Shown in pieces: positions 1 through 9,499 of a stretch of 64,000 bases of DNA. Source of the DNA: an uncultured virus (IMG/VR IMGVR_UViG_3300031625_000002). Its lineage: Duplodnaviria > Heunggongvirae > Uroviricota > Caudoviricetes. Below the pieces are notes generated by a model. It did no database searches. It was not told the origin of the DNA and saw nothing but the letters and a program-made list of their open reading frames with translations. The stretch is from positions 1 through 64,000 of IMG/VR virus record IMGVR_UViG_3300031625_000002; one strand, given 5' to 3'. The position numbers were made by a program, and so were the translations under genes. Position 1 is the stretch's first letter; the number at the start of each line of letters is the position of its first letter.

Positions 1-639
1 GACCAGTTTTAATAATAGGAGATTATAAAATGAATAAAATAGATGATATAGCGAATGATATTATTGCAGGAAGTGAATTGCCAAATTTAATTGAGTTAGT
101 TCCTGAGAATTTTGTTCTTCTTGGAGAGATTAAAATGGCAATCATGAAAGCTGTTAAGATTGGGTTGAATATGGAAATAGAATTGCAAAAAGAATTTATT
201 CTTAGTGGCAATAAGACTTAAGGAGAAATAATAATGTTAGAAATATCTATTGGTTTGGTAGTTGTAATAGTCGCATCATGTTCTTGGCTCGTATGGTTTA
301 TGGCAAAGAACGTATGGGGATAAGACTTAAGGAGATACAATGAAAGGGTTGCATTATGATGATGTTGGAAATCGTAAGTTAATTGAAACTTTGGTTACTG
401 TTTTACTTCAAGATGGATTGAAGGGAGAAGATATGATTGGGGTTTTAACTAAGAATGGAGCGTTTAAAGTATTGAATGGAGATCAATTATGTGCGGTTGC
501 AGAAGCAATGGAAGAAGTTTATAAGGATATGTTGTTGAAATAAATTGGTTGTATTATGCATAGTATGTCCACGTTTCGTGGACTTACTGTGTATTATCGG
601 AGTGTAGGAAAGTCTGGTCAGCGATACCAATTTATAAGA

Positions 640-715
640 TGCCTCGTAGCATAACTGGTAATGCAACAGCCTCTGAAGCTGTTTTATCTTGGTTCAAATC
701 CAAGCGGGGTAGCCA
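640..715 (+). tRNA. tRNA-Gln(CTG)
   Basis: Acceptor TGCCTCG/CGGGGTA, anticodon arm ACAGC-CTCTGAA-GCTGT, T-loop GGTTCAAATCC, encoded CCA. Confidence 0.92.
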
Positions 716-721
716 TTTTAT

Positions 722-798
722 AGGGATGAGGGCTTGTTGGTAAGCCGCATGCTCTGGAAGCATGAGTACTCTGGGTTCGACTCCCAGTATCCTGACCA
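722..798 (+). tRNA. tRNA-Pro(TGG), atypical (A1:G72 mismatch, A8, C33)
   Basis: Anticodon arm CATGC-TCTGGAA-GCATG, T-arm CTGGG-TTCGACT-CCCAG, 3' GACCA. Confidence 0.75.
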
Positions 799-931
799 TT
801 TTCAGATGTTATTAGACTTGACATTCACCTGTTTTCATGTATATTAATTCCATTAGAGCTTGAAGACTGGCAGAAAACTGAAATTATGAATATCTTTACC
901 GAAAGAATGCAAGCAGAGATAGGGTAACATC

Positions 932-1021
932 GGAGGGGTGGCTGAGTGGCTAAAGGCACCTGTCTTGAATACAGGAGGGCGTGAAAGCGTCCCGTGGGTT
1001 CGAATCCCACTCCCTCTGCCA
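932..1021 (+). tRNA. tRNA-Ser(TGA)
   Basis: GGAGGGG acceptor, CCTGT-CTTGAAT-ACAGG, long variable arm, GCCA end. Confidence 0.95.
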
Positions 1022-1024
1022 AAT

Positions 1025-1112
1025 GGCCTCGTGGCGTAACTGGCAGACGCGGCAGGATTTAAAATCCTGTGTCCGAAAGGGTGTTAGGGTTCGACTCCCT
1101 ACGAGGTCACCA
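1025..1112 (+). tRNA. tRNA-Leu(TAA)
   Basis: GGCCTCG/CGAGGTC acceptor, CAGGA-TTTAAAA-TCCTG, long variable arm, ACCA. Confidence 0.93.
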
Positions 1113-1162
1113 ATTAAAAGGTTATATGATTTGTTATTCAGAAATATATAGTGAGGTGAATA

Positions 1163-1573
1163 ATGGATTGGTATAAAAAATCAAATGTAGATCTTGAGCA
1201 GAGAATAAAAATTCTTGTTCCACAAATGGTCACTAAGTCACAAAGTGTTTACGACGCCTGGGATCAAGATGAAGATGGAATTGATGTATGGCTTGGGTGT
1301 GGTGGGATATGTCAAGACATTGCTGATGGAATATGTGATGTTTTGACAATGAATGGAATTGATTGCACTTCTGTTTCGGCCCAAGTTGGAGAGCAGCATG
1401 TATGGGCTATAGCTTATGAAGGAAGCGAGGCTTTTGATTTAGATATTCATCCTGGAAATTACGAAACTGGTGGTGGGTATAATTGGAAAAAGATACCAGG
1501 GGTTGTATTTACCACTGATATGGTGTCAATTGAACGAAACAGTTTTTTTGATCCTGAGGATGAAGATTATTAG
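1163..1573 (+). CDS. hypothetical protein with N-terminal MDWYKK tag
   Basis: 136 aa ORF, RBS GAGGTG, putative late promoter upstream. Confidence 0.75.
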   Translation: MDWYKKSNVDLEQRIKILVPQMVTKSQSVYDAWDQDEDGIDVWLGCGGICQDIADGICDVLTMNGIDCTSVSAQVGEQHVWAIAYEGSEAFDLDIHPGNYETGGGYNWKKIPGVVFTTDMVSIERNSFFDPEDEDY

Positions 1574-1623
1574 GAAGAGTTGGCCGAAAGATCGCAGGGT
1601 AGCGGCTACTGTCTCTTCTGCCA
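1573..1623 (+). pseudogene. internally deleted tRNA(Ser-like) remnant
   Basis: GGAAGAG pairs with CTCTTCT followed by GCCA; no anticodon arm. Confidence 0.55.
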
Positions 1624-1639
1624 TTTTATAGTTTTATGT

Positions 1640-1710
1640 GGAAAGCATCCGGCTGGATGAGGAGGTGCCCAATTGATCAGGGCCGTGGGTTCGAATCCCA
1701 CTCTATAGCA
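1640..1710 (+). pseudogene. degenerate tRNA remnant
   Basis: Intact T-arm GTGGG-TTCGAAT-CCCAC (1685-1701) and tRNA-like 5' end, but no closing acceptor stem. Confidence 0.45.
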
Positions 1711-1778
1711 ACTTTGTATTTGTTTTGGGCTTGAGATATAGGCTTGTTGAGATATTGTAATGGTTAAAGAATATAAAT

Positions 1779-1855
1779 GACCCGTTGGACGAATTGGTTA
1801 AGTCGTCAGGTTTTCAACCTGAAGATTGCGGGTTCAAATCCCGCACGGGCCACCA
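1779..1855 (+). tRNA. tRNA-Glu(TTC)
   Basis: TCAGG-TTTTCAA-CCTGA anticodon arm, T-arm GCGGG-TTCAAAT-CCCGC, ACCA. Confidence 0.92.
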
Positions 1856-1860
1856 GTATT

Positions 1861-2003
1861 ATCCATGCCGACGAAAGTCTCACTAAGTGGAGCCTGTGTT
1901 TTGGACATGGGAGAATTTTAATTCTTGTTGAAAATTGAAATATGAGTAACGTTCGATGATGTCATTCGTCAGCACTCAATTCCGTTTAGCGTCGGTCATG
2001 GAT
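1861..2003 (+). ncRNA. unidentified structured RNA
   Basis: Ends pair (ATCCATG-CCGACG with CGTCGG-T-CATGGAT), followed by T-run; non-coding, directly after tRNA-Glu. Confidence 0.5.
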
Positions 2004-2309
2004 TTTTATTTTTTTAAAGATAGTTTGTATACTAATAACAAGGGTCTAAGAAGTGTTTTCATGAATAATATGAAAACCAAATGGAGATCAATTTATGAGA
2101 GTTATAGAAAATAATAAAAAGACCGTGAAGGTCGCCGATGATAAGACAAAGGCGATGGACATTATAAAAAGTCTTCTTGAAAGATATAGGAATAGTGAGT
2201 TGCCTGTTATCATTAACAACATATGCCAAGCGATCATTGATGAGAATCAAAGACAACCTGGACCTGGTGATATTTTTGAAGAGAAAGTAAAATCAACTGA
2301 CTAAATTAA

Positions 2310-2350
2310 GGCCTTGTGGTGGAATTTTGGCAGACACGAAGTTTTAAAAT
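2310..2350 (+). pseudogene. 5' half of a tRNA-Leu
   Basis: GGCCTTG-TG-GTGGAATTTTGGCAGACACG: acceptor 5' strand plus Leu-type D arm, breaking off near the anticodon. Confidence 0.7.
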
Positions 2351-2401
2351 GAAGGTGTCTTTACCATTTCTGAAGAATACTTTATACAAAGGAGTATTTA
2401 T

Positions 2402-2938
2402 ATGAAAATAAAGAGCAAAGAACATCTTGAGAATGTGGTTAAAGAATCTGCAAGTGTTTCAGAGGTTCAGCGTAAATTGGGATATAAACCATCAGGTGGT
2501 ATACATAAATTTCTTAAAGGTAAGTTTAAAGAATTTGAAATAGACACTTCTCATTTCACAGGTCAAGGGTGGTCGCTTGGGAAATCAAGGGAGACGGATG
2601 AAATTGTTGATATAGTTTCTCGAAAAATAGAATCTCCATGGGAACATGTTTTTAGGAAAGGTAACCATAAAACACAAAATGAGACCTTGATTAGACGTTT
2701 GATAAGAAGCGGCAAAAGAGAATATAAATGTGAAGATTGTGGGGTTAAAAAGTGGGGCGACAAACCTCTACGATTGCAACTTGATCATATAAATGGAGAC
2801 AATTCTGATTGTCAAGAAATAAACTTAAAGATTATTTGCCCTAATTGTCATTCTCAAACTGAAACATTTTCAAGAGGAATGAGGGAAAGTAGAAGTTATT
2901 ATAGAAACAAATGGTGGAAACAATTATCTATGAATTAA
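2402..2938 (+). CDS. HNH homing endonuclease
   Basis: CEDC...LQLDHINGDNSD...ICPNCHSQT motif, RBS GGAG. Confidence 0.92.
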   Translation: MKIKSKEHLENVVKESASVSEVQRKLGYKPSGGIHKFLKGKFKEFEIDTSHFTGQGWSLGKSRETDEIVDIVSRKIESPWEHVFRKGNHKTQNETLIRRLIRSGKREYKCEDCGVKKWGDKPLRLQLDHINGDNSDCQEINLKIICPNCHSQTETFSRGMRESRSYYRNKWWKQLSMN

Positions 2939-2939
2939 T

Positions 2940-3026
2940 GGTGCTGTGATGGAATTGGCATACATCTATGGTTGAGAATCATAGGCTCGAAAGAGATTGA
3001 GGGTTCGAGTCCCTACGAGGCCACCA
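2940..3026 (+). tRNA. chimeric tRNA-Leu(GAG) with mispaired acceptor stem
   Basis: TATGG-TTGAGAA-TCATA anticodon arm, variable arm, T-arm, ACCA; GGTGCTG vs CGAGGCC has 2 mismatches. Confidence 0.75.
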
Positions 3027-3318
3027 AATTTGGATAAGCAATGAAATATACAAAAAAACTATTTAAAGTCCCTATAAATGCCAACTTCGCATCTTCTTTT
3101 ATAAAGACGGCGAACATTCAGAAGCGAATTAAAGACGAGAAAGATTGTGGTCATTATATTTTAAGGACTGAATTTTGGAAAATGTTTGGCGGCGATAGGA
3201 TAATGTATTTGAGAACCTAAAAGATAACGATGTTACAATCTCAGACATAAATGCAGGATATTTGTGGTTATATAGACAAATATACTATATACAATAATCC
3301 TTTCATAAGACTGATAAC

Positions 3319-4227
3319 GTGAATTGGTATAAATCTTACATTTTCAAAGAAGCCCGATTCTTTTTCGATCAAACATTCTCAGATGAGACAGGGACATGGC
3401 GCGTTCCTGATCTCCATGAATACGCAGTCGAAAATGGAAAGAAAGTATCAATTCCAATCAGCAAGTTGATGAATAACCTTGAGCCTTCAGATCATGAACG
3501 AGGGGAAGATCTTCCAGGACATCCGCTGTTTATAATTAGAGCTAACGATGCGGACTTGAAATTCCCTATACTTGTTGTAGAATATCCAGACGGGCTTTGG
3601 ATCGCAGATGGCGTACATAGGCTCTGGAAGGCAAAGCAGAAGAAACGTAAAAACATTGACGCTTATCTAATTAAAAATGATGAGTTGAAAAAAATAACCC
3701 AAGAAAATCCCAATAAAATTCCAATGAGAACAATAAAGATAAAAGGAGTTGATTACACGGGAAGGTTCATTCAAGATATTAAGGATGAATTCAATGTAAT
3801 ATCACTCCGAACCTACACAGATCCAATACCAACAGAAACAATATGCTATTCTCTTATAGATGAACACATGGAAGAACAATTCTTATGTGTTGAAACATTT
3901 GATGATGTTGACAGCACTGAGAGCAAATTCTTTGCTCCCAAGCCCGACCAGGTTAAGAGAATCCTTGAATGGGCTGCTTTGAAGGCCAAAGAGAATGATA
4001 GACCGTTCCTTGTTCATTGCACCGCTGGAATAAGTAGAAGCTCAGCGATTGCTATTTTGATTAGTCAGATGATCAATGGTCGTTTCCATCACATTTTCAA
4101 TCCAATGATCCACGATCCTAACGAATTGGTCATTCATTACGGGGAGCAATTTACGGGTTTGGCGGTTTCAGAAAATATCACGAGACAGAAACGACGCGTG
4201 GCACGGGACAATGCATTGTTGCTATAG
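3319..4227 (+). CDS. ParB/Srx-like domain fused to protein tyrosine/dual-specificity phosphatase; MNWYK tag
   Basis: PILVV...IADGVHRL (ParB-like) and HCTAGISRS (CX5R). Confidence 0.8.
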   Translation: MNWYKSYIFKEARFFFDQTFSDETGTWRVPDLHEYAVENGKKVSIPISKLMNNLEPSDHERGEDLPGHPLFIIRANDADLKFPILVVEYPDGLWIADGVHRLWKAKQKKRKNIDAYLIKNDELKKITQENPNKIPMRTIKIKGVDYTGRFIQDIKDEFNVISLRTYTDPIPTETICYSLIDEHMEEQFLCVETFDDVDSTESKFFAPKPDQVKRILEWAALKAKENDRPFLVHCTAGISRSSAIAILISQMINGRFHHIFNPMIHDPNELVIHYGEQFTGLAVSENITRQKRRVARDNALLL

Positions 4228-4361
4228 AGACTTGAAAAGTTTCAGACGTTCGCTATAGTAACCCTCAACTGTAGGCTAATGTGAAAATAAATTTATATAC
4301 TATTCAACTGTAATCAGGAGATAGATGAAAATGATGTACCAATCAAGAGGGGGTGTAAATA

Positions 4362-4697
4362 ATGGAAAAAGAAGAAAAAAACTTAAGTTTGAATGAGTCA
4401 AATACTGTGACGATAGACATTAAAAGTTTGGTTGGAATACTTGCCATGATATTATCAATGGCTGGCATCTATTTCAGCCTGACAGGACAGATAGCGCAAC
4501 TTCAATTAGACGTTATCCGTATGCAAGACTCCGTTGCAACCAATGAAGAATTTCGAATTAAGTGGCCCCGTGGAGAACTTGGGGCTTTACCTGACGACGC
4601 GGTCCAGGATCTAAACATTGAGTACATTCAAAAGGAATTGGCAAAGATTCAGGTAGAATTTGATGATCACATAGACGAGCCTCATCAATGCAATTAG
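4362..4697 (+). CDS. single-TM coiled-coil membrane protein
   Basis: Hydrophobic segment LVGILAMILSMAGIYFSL, RBS GAGGGGG. Confidence 0.65.
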   Translation: MEKEEKNLSLNESNTVTIDIKSLVGILAMILSMAGIYFSLTGQIAQLQLDVIRMQDSVATNEEFRIKWPRGELGALPDDAVQDLNIEYIQKELAKIQVEFDDHIDEPHQCN

Positions 4698-5318
4698 GAC
4701 ACAAAAAGTGGAAGAAGCTTAGAAACCATAATCGAATACATACAATGTAGCAAATGAATTACTACACGAAGGATTCTTTTCTAATCCAAGAAATATAAAA
4801 AATTTTAAAATTCAATGAGACTCTATTGATAAACTATTTTAGAGGATCATTAAATAATATACAAGGAACTTAATTTAAGGAAGTAAAAAAAGACCCGAAG
4901 GTCTCTTCTTTATGCGAGACATTGTTTATATGTCTCTTCTAATTTATTTATCAACCCCAAAACCCATTGGGAAATCGGGCGACCATACGTTTCAGTCAGA
5001 ACCGCCACCGAACCACCTATTACATTAATCTGCAATGATGACGTTCCAGATGAAGTTGAGTCAGAACTTAATGACGAGGACATCTATACTCACAGTAGTA
5101 ATTCATTAGTATCGATCTGGAACTAACCTGAAGAGCATTACTTGCTTAAATGGTTGATCTCTGAAGGGGTTGATATATCAGCGGCATTTGATGGGACATA
5201 TTATCACATTAGTATCATGGGAACATAAACGAAAAGGATATTATTTATGGGAAACAAGATGGGGTTTATTAATGGATACAATCAATGCTTATAAAAATTA
5301 CTTAAACGAGGGCATAAA

Positions 5319-5633
5319 ATGGCAAAGAATCAATTGCAAAGATTAACGGATCTCGCTAATAAGACTATGACAAGGTATTGTCAGGAATTTCCCGACATAG
5401 TAGTTGATAGAGATTACTTCCCTCTCAAGACTGGGGAAGAGTGGGGCGAATGCTTACAGTCCTTTTTAATGTTGACTAATCGTGGGCGGCAGAAGGGAAA
5501 GACTAAGAGACAGATTAAAGAATCATTGTCTCAGGAAATGGCCGATGTCTTTGGATTCTTATTGTTATTCGCGGAGCAAGAGGGGATTGATCTTGACAAA
5601 GAATTAACCAAGAAATGGACCTGGAAAAAATAA
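5319..5633 (+). CDS. MazG-like nucleotide pyrophosphohydrolase
   Basis: KTGEEWGE...QEMADV motifs. Confidence 0.8.
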   Translation: MAKNQLQRLTDLANKTMTRYCQEFPDIVVDRDYFPLKTGEEWGECLQSFLMLTNRGRQKGKTKRQIKESLSQEMADVFGFLLLFAEQEGIDLDKELTKKWTWKK

Positions 5634-6007
5634 TGGATAAATTTGGCAGAGAATTATCTGGTAGTTGTTCAAATTGTGACGCCCTCTATATTTGAAAGAT
5701 GGGTTGACCACAGATGATAATTGGAGCAAGATAGATCACCACCCGTTTATGACCTTTGAAGACTCAAAGGAAGCGTATTCTCACAAGTGTAGAGATGGCA
5801 AGAGTGGCATTTGTGCTGGTGTTATAAATGGCCAAATGTAATGATAAGTGTTACATTTGGCCATTTATGAACTCGTCAATAATTACGAGTACCATTTTGG
5901 TTAGGGGAACTCTCTTGCGAGGTATTAATATTAATTACTCTGTATGTTTAATGTCCCCAGGTAGGATCTGATCTCATTATACACGAAGATAAACTAAAGG
6001 TTTATTT

Positions 6008-6592
6008 ATGTCACAATCAACAATTCCAATGTTAGAAATAATTCTTGATGAAATAAAGTTGCTTGAAAACTCCGTAGTAATTGAAGTCGGTGCCGGAGCG
6101 TCTACGGTTATAGTCGAGAAGATTTGCAAAAAGAATGATTGTATTGGATATACACTTGAAATAGCTGAGAAGACTATTGAAAGGGTTTCAAAAACTTGCC
6201 CCTCAACCAAGTTTATCCTTGGCCCAAGTTTAGACACTCTTCCAGAAATGGATCTTGAACAAAAACCAATTGGCCTTCTTTTTCTTGATGGCGCACCATC
6301 TGCAATGATGACTTTTTTAGAATTCCAATTGATGCAATCTCATTTAATTGTCGGGAGCATTGTTCTTATTGACAATGCCACGATGTATGAGGAAACAATC
6401 TCAAGAGAGTCTGAGCTTGCGTGTCGTAAAGGCAGGGTGATAGTTCCTTATCTTAGGGCTCACCCATTTTGGGAAGTAAAACCCTACCCTCAGTATGGTG
6501 GGGGAATGGTCATGGCAATCCTTCGAGACGAACCTTCTTTTTGCAAGAAAAAGATGGATAATAATCCTGGGCATGTCGCAAAATATTTGTAA
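6008..6592 (+). CDS. class I SAM-dependent methyltransferase
   Basis: VIEVGAGAST, LLFLDG, VLIDN motifs. Confidence 0.8.
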   Translation: MSQSTIPMLEIILDEIKLLENSVVIEVGAGASTVIVEKICKKNDCIGYTLEIAEKTIERVSKTCPSTKFILGPSLDTLPEMDLEQKPIGLLFLDGAPSAMMTFLEFQLMQSHLIVGSIVLIDNATMYEETISRESELACRKGRVIVPYLRAHPFWEVKPYPQYGGGMVMAILRDEPSFCKKKMDNNPGHVAKYL

Positions 6593-6597
6593 CGGGG

Positions 6598-6625
6598 TTG
6601 AAAAATCTCAATTTGTCGGTATAAT
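6598..6625 (+). promoter_or_regulatory. sigma70-like promoter (16-bp spacer)
   Basis: TTGAAA-N16-TATAAT. Confidence 0.7.
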
Positions 6626-6816
6626 ATAACCAAATGAAGTGGTAAATAACACTACTTAAAAATATAAATTATCGGAAGCGATGAGGTAGAAAATGGCCAG
6701 ATTAATTATTAAGAAAGATCGAGAGAGGTCGGTTTCCAGAACTGGATATGAGACTTCTCGACAATATAGACGAGAGCGTAGACGAGAGCTTGAGAAGAAA
6801 CACAAGATGAGAAGTC

Positions 6817-7074
6817 ATGACTGATTGGCTTGTGTATATCCTGGTTTGCAGTGATGGGACTTATTACACTGGAATAACCAACAATCTTGAAAAGAGGGTT
6901 GCTAAACACAACAGTGGTAAGGGAGCTAAATATACAAAGACACGTAGGCCAGTGACAATTTTAACATGTCGAACTGGGTTTTCAAGATCTGAAGCTATGA
7001 AGCTTGAGAGAAAGGTTAAGAGTCAAAAAAGGTCAAACAAGGTTGAGTACTTAGAAAATTTCAGCGCCCTATAA
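6817..7074 (+). CDS. GIY-YIG nuclease (UPF0213-like)
   Basis: VYIL..SDGTYYTGIT..LEKRVAKHNSGKGAKYT. Confidence 0.9.
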   Translation: MTDWLVYILVCSDGTYYTGITNNLEKRVAKHNSGKGAKYTKTRRPVTILTCRTGFSRSEAMKLERKVKSQKRSNKVEYLENFSAL

Positions 7075-7187
7075 TACAACTCGTTTAGTTAGCTACTGAC
7101 GGGGAATATCGGACACCAGCCGGGTGCCCAATGCATTGATGAAGTTCGCGACGACGGAGAGCGCGGCAGGGCGTAGCCGAGGCGCTG
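7062..7187 (+). ncRNA. unidentified GC-rich structured RNA
   Basis: CAGCGCC/GGCGCTG and GCTAC/GTAGC pairings, internal hairpin GGACACC...GGTGCCC. Confidence 0.45.
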
Positions 7188-7419
7188 TCTAATTTAACTA
7201 AGGTTCATAGAGAAGAGAAACACTGATGCATACACAATTCATAAACGATGGTTCGACGGCGTTCCCAATAAATGGTAGATTTTTTTAACCTATTCTGATC
7301 AGCATAGTAATGTTGGCGTTGAATGGAATCTATGGGGAAACTCATGCGGTATAGAATTATCTATAAATGATGAGGGGGGTGGACATTTTATGTGCCCTTG
7401 CCACCTATTTCATTGTGGT

Positions 7420-7567
7420 TGTCATTTGCAAAATAAATGAATGGCTTGGAAATAAAATCACATTACACTTGGATCATAAAAACGGAATAAATAATGATAA
7501 CAGAATAGAAAATTTAAGAATATTGTGTCCAAATTGTCATCAACAAACAAAGACTTGGGGTAGATGA
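7420..7567 (+). pseudogene. HNH endonuclease C-terminal remnant overlapping the tRNA
   Basis: LHLDHKNGINNDNRIENLRILCPNCHQQT; no intact N-terminus. Confidence 0.75.
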
Positions 7568-7635
7568 AGGGAACTGGCATACCTCGTTGATTTAGAATCA
7601 ACGGTTTGGGGGTTCGAATCCCCCTCTACTCACCA
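7558..7635 (+). tRNA. tRNA-Leu(TAG) with short variable loop
   Basis: GGGTAGA/TCTACTC acceptor, GTTGA-TTTAGAA-TCAAC, GGGGG-TTCGAAT-CCCCC, ACCA. Confidence 0.9.
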
Positions 7636-8248
7636 GACGAGAAGAAGTGACGGTAATACGAAAGCTAACAGCTTTTACAACTAAAGATAAGGAGAAGAGA
7701 ACATGAGTATCATTCCGTTAGTAGTATTTGGTGTAATCGTTTGGGGAGCTTGGCAATTCTTGAAACCATTGTTGGTTGTATTTCAGCAAGAATCTGAGAA
7801 CAAGAAGAAATCTCTTGAAGAGGAAGCTTCGTAATACGCGCCACGATCACAATCCCGTCAATGACGCAATCGGAAATGCTGAGGCATTAGAGTCGATTAT
7901 TAAAATGATTAAGGCTGAGAGGCGAAGAAAGTAATGTTTTTTATCAAACGGAACGTTTGGACATATTGACGATCTCGCTTCAGAGTTAGGGAAAAGTGAT
8001 AGTATGGATTGTGACAATCTTGAAAGGTTGATCAGTGGAATAATAGAAAGTTCAATTATTTACACTAATGATTTAGCACAAGATTCTCCAGAGATGTTAA
8101 GAGAGATTGCAGACAAATACGATAAATGTAGCATAAAACCTACAACACAGACCTCTGTAGCAGAGTAATGACAACAAGGAAGATCCCCATTGTCTAATTT
8201 TGATAAGATTAATTAATGGGCTAAGAAAATAAAAACAGGAGAATAGCG

Positions 8249-9049
8249 ATGAGAATAGTTGATAGTCCAGAATCATACTTAGTTGGGATAACCTCCCTTA
8301 ACGACATTGGTCTAAATTCATACCTTGATGATATAGGAGATCCCGATTGGGACCCTGACATTTCGGTTTCAGATGGGGAGAATTTAATCGAAGCCGCAGG
8401 CCGAATGTGCTATCGAAGCTGGCAGGCCTATGATCCGGCGAAGCCACTCGCCACCAATCCTAATGTAAAAAAAGTCAGAGAGGGCAACAGGGACTACATT
8501 GCCAATGTTCTCAAGCACAAGCATGGATCAATCCTTGAACACGTCTCAGCGAGCTTTATCCTCAAAGACGTGTCTCGTGTTTTAACTCATGAAATAACCC
8601 GCCACAGAGCCGGGACGGCTTTTTCCCAGGAAAGCTTAAGATATGTCAGACTTAATGATTTAAGCTTCTGGATTCCCACCTTGATCAAAGAAAATGATGC
8701 AGCGATAGAATTGTTCTTGGGTGCGATCACTCAAATGGAGCAATGGCAAACACAATTGGCCGAAATTTATGATATCGATAATATGAAGGATTTTCACACG
8801 AAAAAGCTTCTCACGTCGGCATTTAGAAGAATTGCACCGATTGGTCTTTCAACATGTATACTGGTCACAGGAAATTTGCGATCCTGGCGGCACATTGTTG
8901 AAATGAGGACTTCAGAAGGCGCTGAGGAAGAAATTAGAATCAGTTGTGACCAAATCGCCGAGGCACTTTCTGTAGAATTCCCCAATGTGTTCCAGGATAT
9001 GGAGTTAAATGATAAAGGGGAAAGGATTTTTGTTAATTCCAAGGTTTAA
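8249..9049 (+). CDS. thyX: FAD-dependent thymidylate synthase
   Basis: HGSILEH, RHRAGTAFSQESLRY, NLRSWRH. Confidence 0.95.
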   Translation: MRIVDSPESYLVGITSLNDIGLNSYLDDIGDPDWDPDISVSDGENLIEAAGRMCYRSWQAYDPAKPLATNPNVKKVREGNRDYIANVLKHKHGSILEHVSASFILKDVSRVLTHEITRHRAGTAFSQESLRYVRLNDLSFWIPTLIKENDAAIELFLGAITQMEQWQTQLAEIYDIDNMKDFHTKKLLTSAFRRIAPIGLSTCILVTGNLRSWRHIVEMRTSEGAEEEIRISCDQIAEALSVEFPNVFQDMELNDKGERIFVNSKV

Positions 9050-9120
9050 CCACGAAAACTAAAGTAAATATGGTGTACAATCCTTAATTGGACACTAACC
9101 TATAACAATAAATATTAAAA

Positions 9121-9486
9121 ATGAGTGCATTTTCAAGTATCATGAGTACAATTGCTTCTTGGAGCAAATGGTTCACTTCTGGCGATCAAGTCAAGAAAAG
9201 AAAGAAGAACAAGTTAGAGGATGAAGTGTCAGATGGCGCGACAGCCATAAAAGAAAAGGATGTAGACGAAGTGAACAGAAGATTACGAAAACATACGATG
9301 GAATTGATCTTTATTGTAGGAATGTTAGTTTCGGTTGCTGGGTGTCGAACGCCTCAGGTAATATATATACCACAGGAACATAAGGCGATTCCTTTGGTTC
9401 ATAATGGCGCTGAAGGTTGGTGGCTCCCAAATGGCCAATTTTCAATACTATTAGAAAAAGCAGAACGCTACGATGCCTCAAAATAA
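9121..9486 (+). CDS. membrane protein with internal lipobox (possible spanin-like)
   Basis: MELIFIVGMLVSVAG-C internal signal. Confidence 0.5.
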   Translation: MSAFSSIMSTIASWSKWFTSGDQVKKRKKNKLEDEVSDGATAIKEKDVDEVNRRLRKHTMELIFIVGMLVSVAGCRTPQVIYIPQEHKAIPLVHNGAEGWWLPNGQFSILLEKAERYDASK

Positions 9487-9499
9487 AAGGAGAGATTGA

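Noticed and set aside
825..1022. 65-aa minus-strand ORF
   Set aside because: Antisense shadow of tRNA-Ser
2350..2940. Group I intron in tRNA-Leu
   Set aside because: The HNH ORF fills nearly all the insert; no room or sequence for P7/catalytic core is visible
7100..7150. Weak rRNA-like words (GGGGAATATCGGACA, GCATTGATGAAG); similar weak resemblance at 56110-56140
   Set aside because: Too short and non-collinear to call rRNA mimics without a covariance search
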